This document shows positions 18,853 through 26,692 of a DNA stretch of 38,641 nucleotides, in pieces. Under the pieces are notes generated by a model. The model ran no database searches and was not told the DNA's origin. It worked only from the letters and a program-made list of their open reading frames with translations. Numbering within the stretch: position 1 is the stretch's first letter; each line of letters begins with the position of its first letter. The DNA is from Ferroacidibacillus organovorans (GTDB lineage Bacteria > Bacillota > Bacilli > Alicyclobacillales > SLC66), in the NCBI RefSeq assembly GCF_001642725.1, contig NZ_LSUQ01000023.1, positions 1 to 38,641 of the forward strand, in the 5' to 3' direction. Position numbers and translations under genes: made by a program.

Positions 18853-20517
18853 TCACGCCGTTTTCTTGCGCATTTCTTGTACGATCCAGCCGCCCGTCAA
18901 ATTGTACACCTCACGCACCCCAAGGCCGCGCAAGATCTGATACGCAAAATAACTTCTCTGTCCGCTTCGGCAATACACAACATGCGGTCGACTCCGATCG
19001 ATTTCAGTGATGCGCGCACGCAATTCATCCAATGGAATGTGAATCGCTCCCGGCAGGATTCCCTCGGCCACTTCTGACGGCTCTCGTACATCTATGAGAA
19101 TCGCTCCCAAATCCGCAACTTCTTGCAGGGTTTGAACCGTGCGCACTTCACCATCCATTACGTGTTCGGCTGTCATCGCCGCCATGATCACAGGATCTTT
19201 CGCAGAAGAAAATGGTGGCGCATACGCAAGATCCAGCATCGCCATCTCTTCGACGGTTAACTTCCCGGAAATGCTCGTCGCGATGACATCGATCCGTTTA
19301 TCAACGCCTTCTTCACCAGCGATTTGTGCACCAATGACGAGGTGACTCGACGAATCAAGAAGCAGTTTTATGGTCATATTTTTGGCTCCTGGATAGTACC
19401 CCGCGTGATGACCTGACGTACTATAGGACACTTGATACTTCAGATTTTCTGCGCTAGCCATTTTTTCAGAAAGTCCGGTCATCGCCAGAGTCACGTTTCC
19501 AAACTTGACAATCGCCGTGCCTAAAGCACCGCCAAACGTTTCATGCGCGCCGCAAATGTTCTGGCCGATGACGCGCGCTTGTTTGTTGGCGAGGCCGGCC
19601 AAAGGAATAAAGTGCGCCAGTTGATCGACGAGATGCGTCATCTCCGCCACGTCACCTGCCGCAAAGATGTTCGGATCGCTCGTCTGCAATTCCTGATTGA
19701 CGCGAACAGCGCCTGACACTCCTAATTCAAGGCCAGCATTCTTGGCCAGTGTAAAATCCGGCCGTACACCAATCCCAAGCAGAAACATGTCACCTTGAAC
19801 TGCGCGACCACTCTCAAGCAACACTTCTGTCGCCCGCTTTGCGCCTTGAAACGACACAATCCCGTCGCTGAGAATGGTCTCGACGCCGCGCTTCTTTAGT
19901 TCATCTAAAAGAGACGCGGTCATTTCGCGGTCAAAAGGAGGTAAGACTTGATCGGCTTTTTCAATCAAGACCACTTCGATCCCCAGGTGCGTCAAATTTT
20001 CCACAATCTCAAGCCCAATAAAGCCTGCCCCGACAATCACCGCACGGCGCACGTTTTGTGCTGCGATCCAGTCTTTCATTGCATCCGCATCAGGCACTGT
20101 GCGCAACTCAAAAATTCCTGGCAACGTTATCCCAGGCAAATTTGGAACGATCGGTTTCGCACCAACCGCCAGTACCAGTTTGTCATAAGACTCTTCAAAA
20201 CGTGTGCCATCGATTAAATTGACAACGCGAACGCATTTTCGCTCTCGATCAATCTCTGTCACCTCGTGATGCGTGTGCACATTCACGTCAAAGCGCCGTT
20301 TCAGCGACCCCGGCGTGTGCAAAAGAAGTGCATCTCGCTCAGTGATCACGCCTCCCACGTAATATGGCAGTCCACAATTCGCAAATGAAACATGCGTCCC
20401 CCTCTCAAACAGCACAATTTCAGCAGATTCGTCCATTCTTCTCACCTTGGCAGCGACGCCCGCCCCTACGGCAACTCCACCCACGATGACAACCTTATTG
20501 CGTGATGATCCGCTCAT
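18853..20517 (-). CDS. cdr: CoA-disulfide/persulfide reductase with C-terminal rhodanese domain (CoADR-RHD)
   Basis: SFANCGLPY redox Cys, GAGFIG, YAPPFS and rhodanese YCRSGQRS. Confidence 0.92.
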   Translation of the reverse strand: MSGSSRNKVVIVGGVAVGAGVAAKVRRMDESAEIVLFERGTHVSFANCGLPYYVGGVITERDALLLHTPGSLKRRFDVNVHTHHEVTEIDRERKCVRVVNLIDGTRFEESYDKLVLAVGAKPIVPNLPGITLPGIFELRTVPDADAMKDWIAAQNVRRAVIVGAGFIGLEIVENLTHLGIEVVLIEKADQVLPPFDREMTASLLDELKKRGVETILSDGIVSFQGAKRATEVLLESGRAVQGDMFLLGIGVRPDFTLAKNAGLELGVSGAVRVNQELQTSDPNIFAAGDVAEMTHLVDQLAHFIPLAGLANKQARVIGQNICGAHETFGGALGTAIVKFGNVTLAMTGLSEKMASAENLKYQVSYSTSGHHAGYYPGAKNMTIKLLLDSSSHLVIGAQIAGEEGVDKRIDVIATSISGKLTVEEMAMLDLAYAPPFSSAKDPVIMAAMTAEHVMDGEVRTVQTLQEVADLGAILIDVREPSEVAEGILPGAIHIPLDELRARITEIDRSRPHVVYCRSGQRSYFAYQILRGLGVREVYNLTGGWIVQEMRKKTA

Positions 20518-20531
20518 CTCTGATCGCCTCC

Positions 20532-20551
20532 ATATACCCATAACGGTATAT
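20532..20551. promoter_or_regulatory. CsoR/CstR-family operator-like inverted repeat upstream of cdr
   Basis: ATATACC-CATAAC-GGTATAT directly upstream of the cdr RBS. Confidence 0.6.
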
Positions 20552-20653
20552 TCGTTTGAATTGATTTAATGATAAATCACATTCAGGGGCGACGTCAGAC
20601 CCGAATAGATCAGTTTTGAAATGTTCTCGACTAGTCCGTATGAGTGTTGCAAT

Positions 20654-21943
20654 TCAGTCTTCATGCGTGATGCGCTTAATTCTCCACTGCATGGCAAAGA
20701 GGAAGAATCCAAGAGTGGCGCTGACGCCTCCGATGGCGAGCACGTCATTAAATAGGCCGATTCGTCCTGATCCCATCCCGATCATGCCGAGGATCAGCAG
20801 CGCGGCACCCATCGTCGACAGGATCACTTGCGGCGTGGCGAGACGCGCAAACGCTGGCGCTCGATGTAAAAGGTGTGGAAAAAAAACATAGCCGACGCCG
20901 TAGACGAGTGTCGTGATCCACCCTAGAAACAGCAAGTGAATGGCTGGCAAAGAGAGTGGATCAAGTCCGAATGTTTGGCTGATGCCAAGAACAAAAGCAA
21001 ATGTCCACGCAATCCCCCACGCCAGTTTCACCGCCTGCTGCGCCTGTCGCATCGCAGAAGACATTCGTATTAGATACATCGCAGCGAGTACTGCAAACGA
21101 CAGCCCAATCGCGCGCTCGCCCAGACGATGCAGCCACCAGCCAGGTGGGAGGACTCCCGCCAAAAGGATGCCGATGAACCAGATCGATTGCGCGAGTTGC
21201 GCAATCTTTGGTGAAATCGCGATGGTGGGGCGATAGCGAGGAAACAGGTGCAAGGAGACGGATAAAACGGTTCCGGCAATCCATCCATCATAGAGAAGAA
21301 CGCGAATGCGGTCGGAGGATAGCCAGGGATCTCCTCCCTTCACGATGCCTTCCGCTGAGGCCAACAGCGTAGCGACAATCAATACGACTAGAGCAAGGGA
21401 GGTCCCGCGCTTCGCAACGCGATCTGTATCACGAATTTCGTCATTTTTCAGTTCAACATGAAATCCCGCAAAAGATGCAGGCCACTCCATCTCCGAGTTG
21501 ACGTAAAGGTGTTCTGTCGCAGAAATCGTCGGTTGTGATTTTCTTGCTTTTCTTGAGGTGGCCACTGCGCTGATGATCGCAATGAGAAAAAGGATACCTG
21601 CGGAGGTCTGAAAGAACCATCCCCAATGAACCCATAAAGGTCGCCTCAACCAATCTCCGAAGATGATCAACACGACACCTGCTTCTGCCGCAACAAAATG
21701 GAGCCACGGCAATCCTTTCCACGGCACGCGAAGCGACGCGAACAGTTGGAGCACCGCATAGGTCATCCCGTAGATGAGAAATGTGAGCCATCCGAACGGA
21801 TTGAGTTCCGCGTGGTAAGGAGAAAGGGCGTCCCACCAAGTCACCTGACTTGCCATCAAGGCTCCAAGTGTCGTCCCAATAAGAAAGTGTACAAGCGCAG
21901 CGATCAAAAAAGCTCGTGAAACTGGCTCGATTCGTATACGCAT
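20654..21943 (-). CDS. Polytopic membrane protein, heme-copper-oxidase-subunit-I-like (NnrS-like) fold, function unknown
   Basis: HAELNPFGW...YG and IHLLFLGW...YG helical repeats; GGAGG RBS before ATG 21943. Confidence 0.65.
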   Translation of the reverse strand: MRIRIEPVSRAFLIAALVHFLIGTTLGALMASQVTWWDALSPYHAELNPFGWLTFLIYGMTYAVLQLFASLRVPWKGLPWLHFVAAEAGVVLIIFGDWLRRPLWVHWGWFFQTSAGILFLIAIISAVATSRKARKSQPTISATEHLYVNSEMEWPASFAGFHVELKNDEIRDTDRVAKRGTSLALVVLIVATLLASAEGIVKGGDPWLSSDRIRVLLYDGWIAGTVLSVSLHLFPRYRPTIAISPKIAQLAQSIWFIGILLAGVLPPGWWLHRLGERAIGLSFAVLAAMYLIRMSSAMRQAQQAVKLAWGIAWTFAFVLGISQTFGLDPLSLPAIHLLFLGWITTLVYGVGYVFFPHLLHRAPAFARLATPQVILSTMGAALLILGMIGMGSGRIGLFNDVLAIGGVSATLGFFLFAMQWRIKRITHED

Positions 21944-22038
21944 CTCAATCCTCCAGTGATTTTCATCGAAATTCACGAATCCACAACCAGCTCTACCAAA
22001 AATTTCATCATCAGTATCTCATTTATTTCAATATAAAA

Positions 22039-22056
22039 TTGTGTTTATCATCACAA
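22039..22056. promoter_or_regulatory. Crp/Fnr- or Rex-like operator
   Basis: TTGTGTTTATCATCACAA (TTGTG-N8-CACAA) upstream of the 21943 gene. Confidence 0.5.
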
Positions 22057-22128
22057 CACGTAACAAGCTGCATCGAAGAACGATGCAGCTTGTTACGTCC
22101 AAGATGGATCTATGGATACTACACACGC

Positions 22129-23226
22129 TTAATGCAAGGCAATCCAACGATTTGATACGAGATGCGGGAATGTCGCTGCGAGCTTATCGTTCTTTAGGGA
22201 GATCGCGACGGTCTCTTTCATATCTTCAACGGTCGCATACGCGTACTGTCCCGAAGGGTCAATCGCGATACCGCTCAATTTCGCCATCGGAACGGTCGGA
22301 ATATTTTTCTCAAAGGTATTATTTCTTGCATTAAAAACCAGGATATTACCGCTAAATGAAGCAGCGTACACATGGTTCCCGCGCGGACCTACGGCCAATT
22401 GCATGTATCCACCCGTCGCCTTCATCATGTTCTTCATACTCCCCATATCTTGCATGCTGAATCCTCCACCTTCAGATTGATGGATGACGTTGGCGATGCG
22501 ATGAGTTTTTGTATTGACAACCGTCATATCACCGTTACTCCAATTTGCAAGCCAGAGTGTGTGTTTCTGAGGATCATAGACTGAATCCTCAATCATTCCT
22601 ACCGGAAGAGTGCCCGTCACCTTCCCAGACTTCAAATCGATCAGCGCTGTTTTACTCGCGGAATTTCCTGATAGATAAGCGATATTCCCTGCAACGGACA
22701 GCGTGTTGCCTCCCGTACTGATCTGCCAAATACGTTTAAGCGACGGAAGCGCATAGGCAGTTACAGATTTCCCACCTGTGATGATGAGTGTGTGATCATC
22801 GTTTGATAAGCTTGCGATTCGTGCACCGATAGGACTCGAAAAGTGAGAAATGACGCGGTGCGTTTGAAGATTGATCAAATACGTTTTACCTTGAAGCGTC
22901 GGTACATAAGCGATAGGACCTGCAACCGCAAGTTGAAACGCATTCGCATTTTTGAAAACTGGAACAGTAATCATTTTTGAAGTGTGCGCCTGTTCAAAAA
23001 ACACCATTCCATTCCCATTGCCCGAGGGCGGACTCGCCGCGGCGCCAACGAGAACATCCGAAGTATCGATTGAATTTTTCATCGTAGAATGCGTCATGCT
23101 CGATTTACTCTGATTCATTCCATTTGAGGTTTTCATCGAGTGGGCTGAAGCAATGACAGATCCACCGAGTGAAAAACCAATCATCAAACTTGAGGCAAGT
23201 ATCCCCGCCAACTTTTTCTTCTCCAT
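22129..23226 (-). CDS. Secreted YncE/YVTN-type beta-propeller protein with Met-rich segments
   Basis: Signal peptide ending ASA-H, repeats such as GIAIDPSGQYAYAT and YDPQKHTLWLAN, Met-rich loop SMQDMGSMKNMMK; GAGGAGG RBS. Confidence 0.8.
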   Translation of the reverse strand: MEKKKLAGILASSLMIGFSLGGSVIASAHSMKTSNGMNQSKSSMTHSTMKNSIDTSDVLVGAAASPPSGNGNGMVFFEQAHTSKMITVPVFKNANAFQLAVAGPIAYVPTLQGKTYLINLQTHRVISHFSSPIGARIASLSNDDHTLIITGGKSVTAYALPSLKRIWQISTGGNTLSVAGNIAYLSGNSASKTALIDLKSGKVTGTLPVGMIEDSVYDPQKHTLWLANWSNGDMTVVNTKTHRIANVIHQSEGGGFSMQDMGSMKNMMKATGGYMQLAVGPRGNHVYAASFSGNILVFNARNNTFEKNIPTVPMAKLSGIAIDPSGQYAYATVEDMKETVAISLKNDKLAATFPHLVSNRWIALH

Positions 23227-23243
23227 TAAACTTCCTCCTCTAA

Positions 23244-23296
23244 GACGTGCATAGGCACTTATACTACATAATGTAGTATAAGTGCCTATGCACGTC
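23244..23296. repeat. Perfect 53-bp palindrome containing a sigA promoter and a BlaI-type operator
   Basis: GACGTGCATAGGCACTTATACTACAT-A-ATGTAGTATAAGTGCCTATGCACGTC (26-bp arms). Minus strand reads TTGACG-N17-TACATT; core TACTAC-N5-GTAGTA. Confidence 0.9.
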
Positions 23297-23328
23297 AAGG
23301 AATGATCCACTTTGCGCCCCAAGCTAGG

Positions 23329-24183
23329 TTAGCGACACCAAATAAGCACGCCCTCGCCTAGTGTGAAAAGAATGGCAACCGCTGTAGAAAGCATCCGATT
23401 ACGCAGTGGTACGTCCCACCAACCAGGCAATTGTCCTGACTCCATAACGTCGAGTCGCGCATGCAACGCACCCGTCAGACCGACCTGCGGTTCCTTTGTC
23501 ACAACGGATTTTGAAACCGCTAAAAGCGCCGTCAGTAGAGGAACCTCGTCCCCTTCACATGCAGAGATTGAAAACTGATCCGCCAAGAGTTCGCGACGAA
23601 TCAGATAACGCTTGTAGAGTAGCGAAACTGCAAGCGGATGAAGTGCTGCAGAGAGTGCTTGAAGAAGGGATTGTTGTAACGTGTCGCGCGCTAAGACATG
23701 GGCTACTTCATGATAGAGAACCGCCCGTAGTGAAGGCTCATCAAGCGTCTCCCACAACCCTTTTGACACGGCGATCTTCGGATGCTTAATCCCCCATGTA
23801 AATGCATAGCGTGCATCATCGTTATCCACTAAACACCATTCGATCTTTCCCTCATAATCGATAGGATTTTCACGACAAAGAGGCATAAGGGATGGATTCA
23901 CTGCAGTGAGGAATTTTTTTCTATACTCGATTTGATAGAGAATATTCGCGATGAGACGATACCAAAATACAAGAATGAGCAGCGCCAGAATGGCGACGAC
24001 TGCATAGAGCCAAAAAGGGATCATGGCAGATCGATTCATCGCGCTCATCCAAACAAGGTGGTGCAAGCTACTATAGAGTGCAAATCCTAGAACCGATTGA
24101 ACCATTATCGCAATACCTGCCGCCGTTAGCGAGTAAGTGTACATGTGAAACCTACGACCACGAGCCAAGATACGTCGTTTCAT
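23329..24183 (-). CDS. M56-family (BlaR1-like) membrane metallopeptidase without penicillin-binding domain
   Basis: AFTWG...PKIAVS, HEVAH (HExxH) and RELLAD motifs; ATGA overlap with the BlaI-family gene. Confidence 0.9.
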   Translation of the reverse strand: MKRRILARGRRFHMYTYSLTAAGIAIMVQSVLGFALYSSLHHLVWMSAMNRSAMIPFWLYAVVAILALLILVFWYRLIANILYQIEYRKKFLTAVNPSLMPLCRENPIDYEGKIEWCLVDNDDARYAFTWGIKHPKIAVSKGLWETLDEPSLRAVLYHEVAHVLARDTLQQSLLQALSAALHPLAVSLLYKRYLIRRELLADQFSISACEGDEVPLLTALLAVSKSVVTKEPQVGLTGALHARLDVMESGQLPGWWDVPLRNRMLSTAVAILFTLGEGVLIWCR

Positions 24184-24557
24184 TCTTCTTTCCTCATTTT
24201 TCGACGCTCTGCGAGCAAGCGCTCCAGTTGTTGAATCGAATCAGGCAAAAGTTCATCCATCGTATCAAGAAAGTGTGTAAGTCCCAGTTCTCCCGATTGA
24301 GAAAGCAGGTCAGACGCCGCTTTCGACGCGCGCGCCTTGATCACTTCCTCTGTCGGTTGTGCTTCGTATCGATAGTGGCGACGAGTCCCACTGCGAATCA
24401 ATAGCTTTTGCTCAACCAACCGATTCAATACGGTTTGCACAGCGGTCAAAGAGATATCTCGATCTTGACGAACGGCTGAACATACATCCATCGTCGTACA
24501 GGAGCCTTTCTCTCTCACAATCCAAAGCACCTGCTGTCGCAGGGCTCCTTTTTCCAT
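24180..24557 (-). CDS. BlaI/MecI/CopY-family transcriptional repressor
   Basis: SLTAVQTVLNRLVEQKLLIR...YRYEA winged-helix pattern; adjacent to the M56 gene. Confidence 0.92.
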   Translation of the reverse strand: MEKGALRQQVLWIVREKGSCTTMDVCSAVRQDRDISLTAVQTVLNRLVEQKLLIRSGTRRHYRYEAQPTEEVIKARASKAASDLLSQSGELGLTHFLDTMDELLPDSIQQLERLLAERRKMRKEE

Positions 24558-24574
24558 CGATTCATCGCCTCATT

Positions 24575-24611
24575 TACTACGAATTGTAGAAATAAAGCCG
24601 CGACGTGTCAA
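24575..24611 (-). promoter_or_regulatory. sigA promoter of the BlaI-family gene with overlapping operator
   Basis: Minus strand reads TTGACA-N17-TACAAT. Operator TACTAC-GAATT-GTAGAA (24575-24591) overlaps the -10. Confidence 0.75.
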
Positions 24612-24617
24612 CATCAC

Positions 24618-25286
24618 TCATAAACTGCGCACCACGCGGACATCTTTTAACTGTGAAACTTTTGTGTGAAGGATCTCTAGCAAATCTCCCCGAATCTCTT
24701 CATCCACCTCGCAAACCGTAATGGCGTAACCGCCTCGACGCCATCGCTCTAGGCTTAATCGAGCGATGTTATAGCCTTCTGAATCTAATACGTGGGACAC
24801 TTTTGCAAGAAATCCCTGTTGATCAGCGTGATATAAAATAAGCGTATTTTTTTCGCCTGAAAAACGAATCGAAAGACCGTCCAACTCTTGAACCTCAACT
24901 TTACCGCCCCCGAGAGAACTCGCGATCAAATCGACGTTGTGACGATCACCATGAAGAAGAACTGCTACTGTATTTGGGTGAAAGAAACCCAAATGTTCCT
25001 TTTTAAATGTGTAAACCAATCCAACTTCAGTCGCACGTTTATCAGCTTCCGATACAGCCGGATGATCCGTCGAATATCCCATGACGCCTGCCAGCAATGC
25101 CAAGTCTGTTCCATGCCCTTGGTAGGTTTCATAAAAGGAGCCCATCAGTCGAAACTCTACCGATCGCGGTTCTTCATTCAGGATTTCTCTCGCCAAATTC
25201 CCGATGCGCACGGCGCCCGCTGTATGGGAGCTGGATGGTCCAACCATCACAGGCCCGATCATCTCAAATGCGCTCTGATACTTCAT
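24618..25286 (-). CDS. sdaAB: L-serine dehydratase, Fe-S dependent, beta subunit (with ACT domain)
   Basis: IGPVMVGPSSSHTAGA, GHGTD, HPNT and SLGGG motifs. Confidence 0.95.
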   Translation of the reverse strand: MKYQSAFEMIGPVMVGPSSSHTAGAVRIGNLAREILNEEPRSVEFRLMGSFYETYQGHGTDLALLAGVMGYSTDHPAVSEADKRATEVGLVYTFKKEHLGFFHPNTVAVLLHGDRHNVDLIASSLGGGKVEVQELDGLSIRFSGEKNTLILYHADQQGFLAKVSHVLDSEGYNIARLSLERWRRGGYAITVCEVDEEIRGDLLEILHTKVSQLKDVRVVRSL

Positions 25287-25296
25287 CGTCGTTGGA

Positions 25297-26187
25297 TCAC
25301 TCCGTTTCCACTTTTTTACCAAAGACGCGCTCGCGCAGCGCCTTTCCTGTCGGCGTTGCCGCGAGCCCACCTAATCCCGTTTCTCTTAGAGACTCTGGCA
25401 TCGCATTGCCAATCGCGTACATCGCTTGGATTACCTCATCAGCAGGTATGACACTTTTGACACCGGCAAGCGCCATGTCCGCGGCAGCTAAAGCGGTTAC
25501 AGCGTGGAGGCCATTTCGTATAATGCACGGTATTTCAACCAATCCTCCTACCGGATCACACACCAAGCCCAAAGAATTTTTGAGCGCCAAGCCGACGGCG
25601 TGCCCTACTTGTGTGGGCGTTCCACCGCCGAGTTCGACGATCGCACCTGCAGTCATTGCCGTGGCAGAACCGATTTCCGCTTGACAGCCGCCAGCTGCCC
25701 CTGAGATAGATGCAGAATTGGCAATGACAAGCCCAAGTGCCGCCGCTGTGAACAGTGCTCGCACAAGATCCTCTCGGGAATAGCGTCCAGAATCCAACAG
25801 CGAGATAAATACTCCTGGCAAGATCCCGGCCGACCCCGCGGTTGGTGTCGCCACAATCCGCCCCATTCCGGCGTTCACTTCATTGACCGAGAGCGCAAAC
25901 GACATCGCTTGGAGCGTCTGTGGCGCTAAAAAACTGGTTCCTCTCTTCAAATAAGCTCCGACGCGATGCGCATCCCCTCCAGTTAACCCTGTGCGCGAAT
26001 AGACAGGCGTTTCCACCCCTTTGCGCGCCGCTTCTTCCATGACGAAAAACTGTCGGTTCATGCGCTCCAAAATCTCTTTCTCTGTGTGCAAAGACTGCTC
26101 TATTTCGACCTCAAGCATAAGATTTGCGATCGATGTCTGTTTCTCATCAGCCATTCGAATGAGTTCATGCAAATGTGTGAACGACAC
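25297..26187 (-). CDS. sdaAA: L-serine dehydratase, Fe-S dependent, alpha subunit
   Basis: PTAGSAG, GGCQAEIG and LGLVCDPVGGLVEIPC motifs; GTG start at 26187 after a GGAGTG RBS. Confidence 0.95.
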   Translation of the reverse strand: MSFTHLHELIRMADEKQTSIANLMLEVEIEQSLHTEKEILERMNRQFFVMEEAARKGVETPVYSRTGLTGGDAHRVGAYLKRGTSFLAPQTLQAMSFALSVNEVNAGMGRIVATPTAGSAGILPGVFISLLDSGRYSREDLVRALFTAAALGLVIANSASISGAAGGCQAEIGSATAMTAGAIVELGGGTPTQVGHAVGLALKNSLGLVCDPVGGLVEIPCIIRNGLHAVTALAAADMALAGVKSVIPADEVIQAMYAIGNAMPESLRETGLGGLAATPTGKALRERVFGKKVETE

Positions 26188-26224
26188 GCGTTCATCACTC
26201 CAATCCTTTTTTATCCATGCGAAG

Positions 26225-26277
26225 AAAATAAAAAGACAGAGGCAAGCAGGAATAAACCCTAACTTGCCTCTGTCTTT
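26225..26277 (-). terminator. Intrinsic terminator, expression platform of the glycine riboswitch
   Basis: 15-bp stem AAAGACAGAGGCAAG/CTTGCCTCTGTCTTT followed by a U-rich tract. The 5' arm overlaps the P1 3' strand of aptamer 2. Confidence 0.85.
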
Positions 26278-26465
26278 GAACCTGAAAGATCCAAAAGGAA
26301 GGACTGAGATGTCCAGCCGTTTCCTCTCGTTGCCTCGTCGGTAGCTGCAATCGCTTTTCCAGAGTTGCATCCTTCGCCGCTATTTTACCTGAGAGTTTCT
26401 GTGTTCGCTTAGGTGGCGCGCACATTGCCCCATCGGTGGTAGCCCGTACACTCTCGCGTCGAAAT
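26266..26465 (-). ncRNA. Tandem glycine riboswitch
   Basis: Aptamer 1 reads GCGAGAG...CACCGAUGGGGCAA...AAACUCUCAGGU. Aptamer 2 reads CUCUGGAAAAG...ACCGACGAGGCAA...UCUUUCAGGUUCAAAGACAGAG. Confidence 0.88.
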
Positions 26466-26502
26466 CATTTGCCTTGTATTCAATTGTAAGCTTGCATCTT
26501 TC

Positions 26503-26531
26503 ACTATAGTCGCGAACCACATGATTTTCAA
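26503..26531 (-). promoter_or_regulatory. sigA promoter for riboswitch-sdaAA-sdaAB
   Basis: Minus strand reads TTGAAA-N17-TATAGT. Confidence 0.6.
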
Positions 26532-26692
26532 TCCCAATCGATACCTTAATGCTCCTACACGCTCTTTATCCGCCAATTCACTTGACTAAATATAGTATCT
26601 ATTATATTGTATAAACAAATCATGCGGGCGTACCGTGGGACACACGGGCAGACGTCCGCGTCTCGCGGTGCCCTTTAAAAGGGAGAAACAAC

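Noticed and set aside
16235..21943. The two polytopic proteins as cbb3 oxidase or NO reductase catalytic subunits
   Set aside because: They lack the full set of six conserved His ligands and there are no partner cytochrome subunits.
23244..23296. CRISPR repeat or IS/MITE end
   Set aside because: It is a single copy with no spacers, no cas or transposase genes and no evident target duplication; it is better explained as a promoter/operator palindrome.
26188..26425. N-terminal extension of SdaAA (to 26370) and ORF 26195-26425
   Set aside because: The region is occupied by the glycine riboswitch and its terminator; the real start is GTG 26187 with an RBS.
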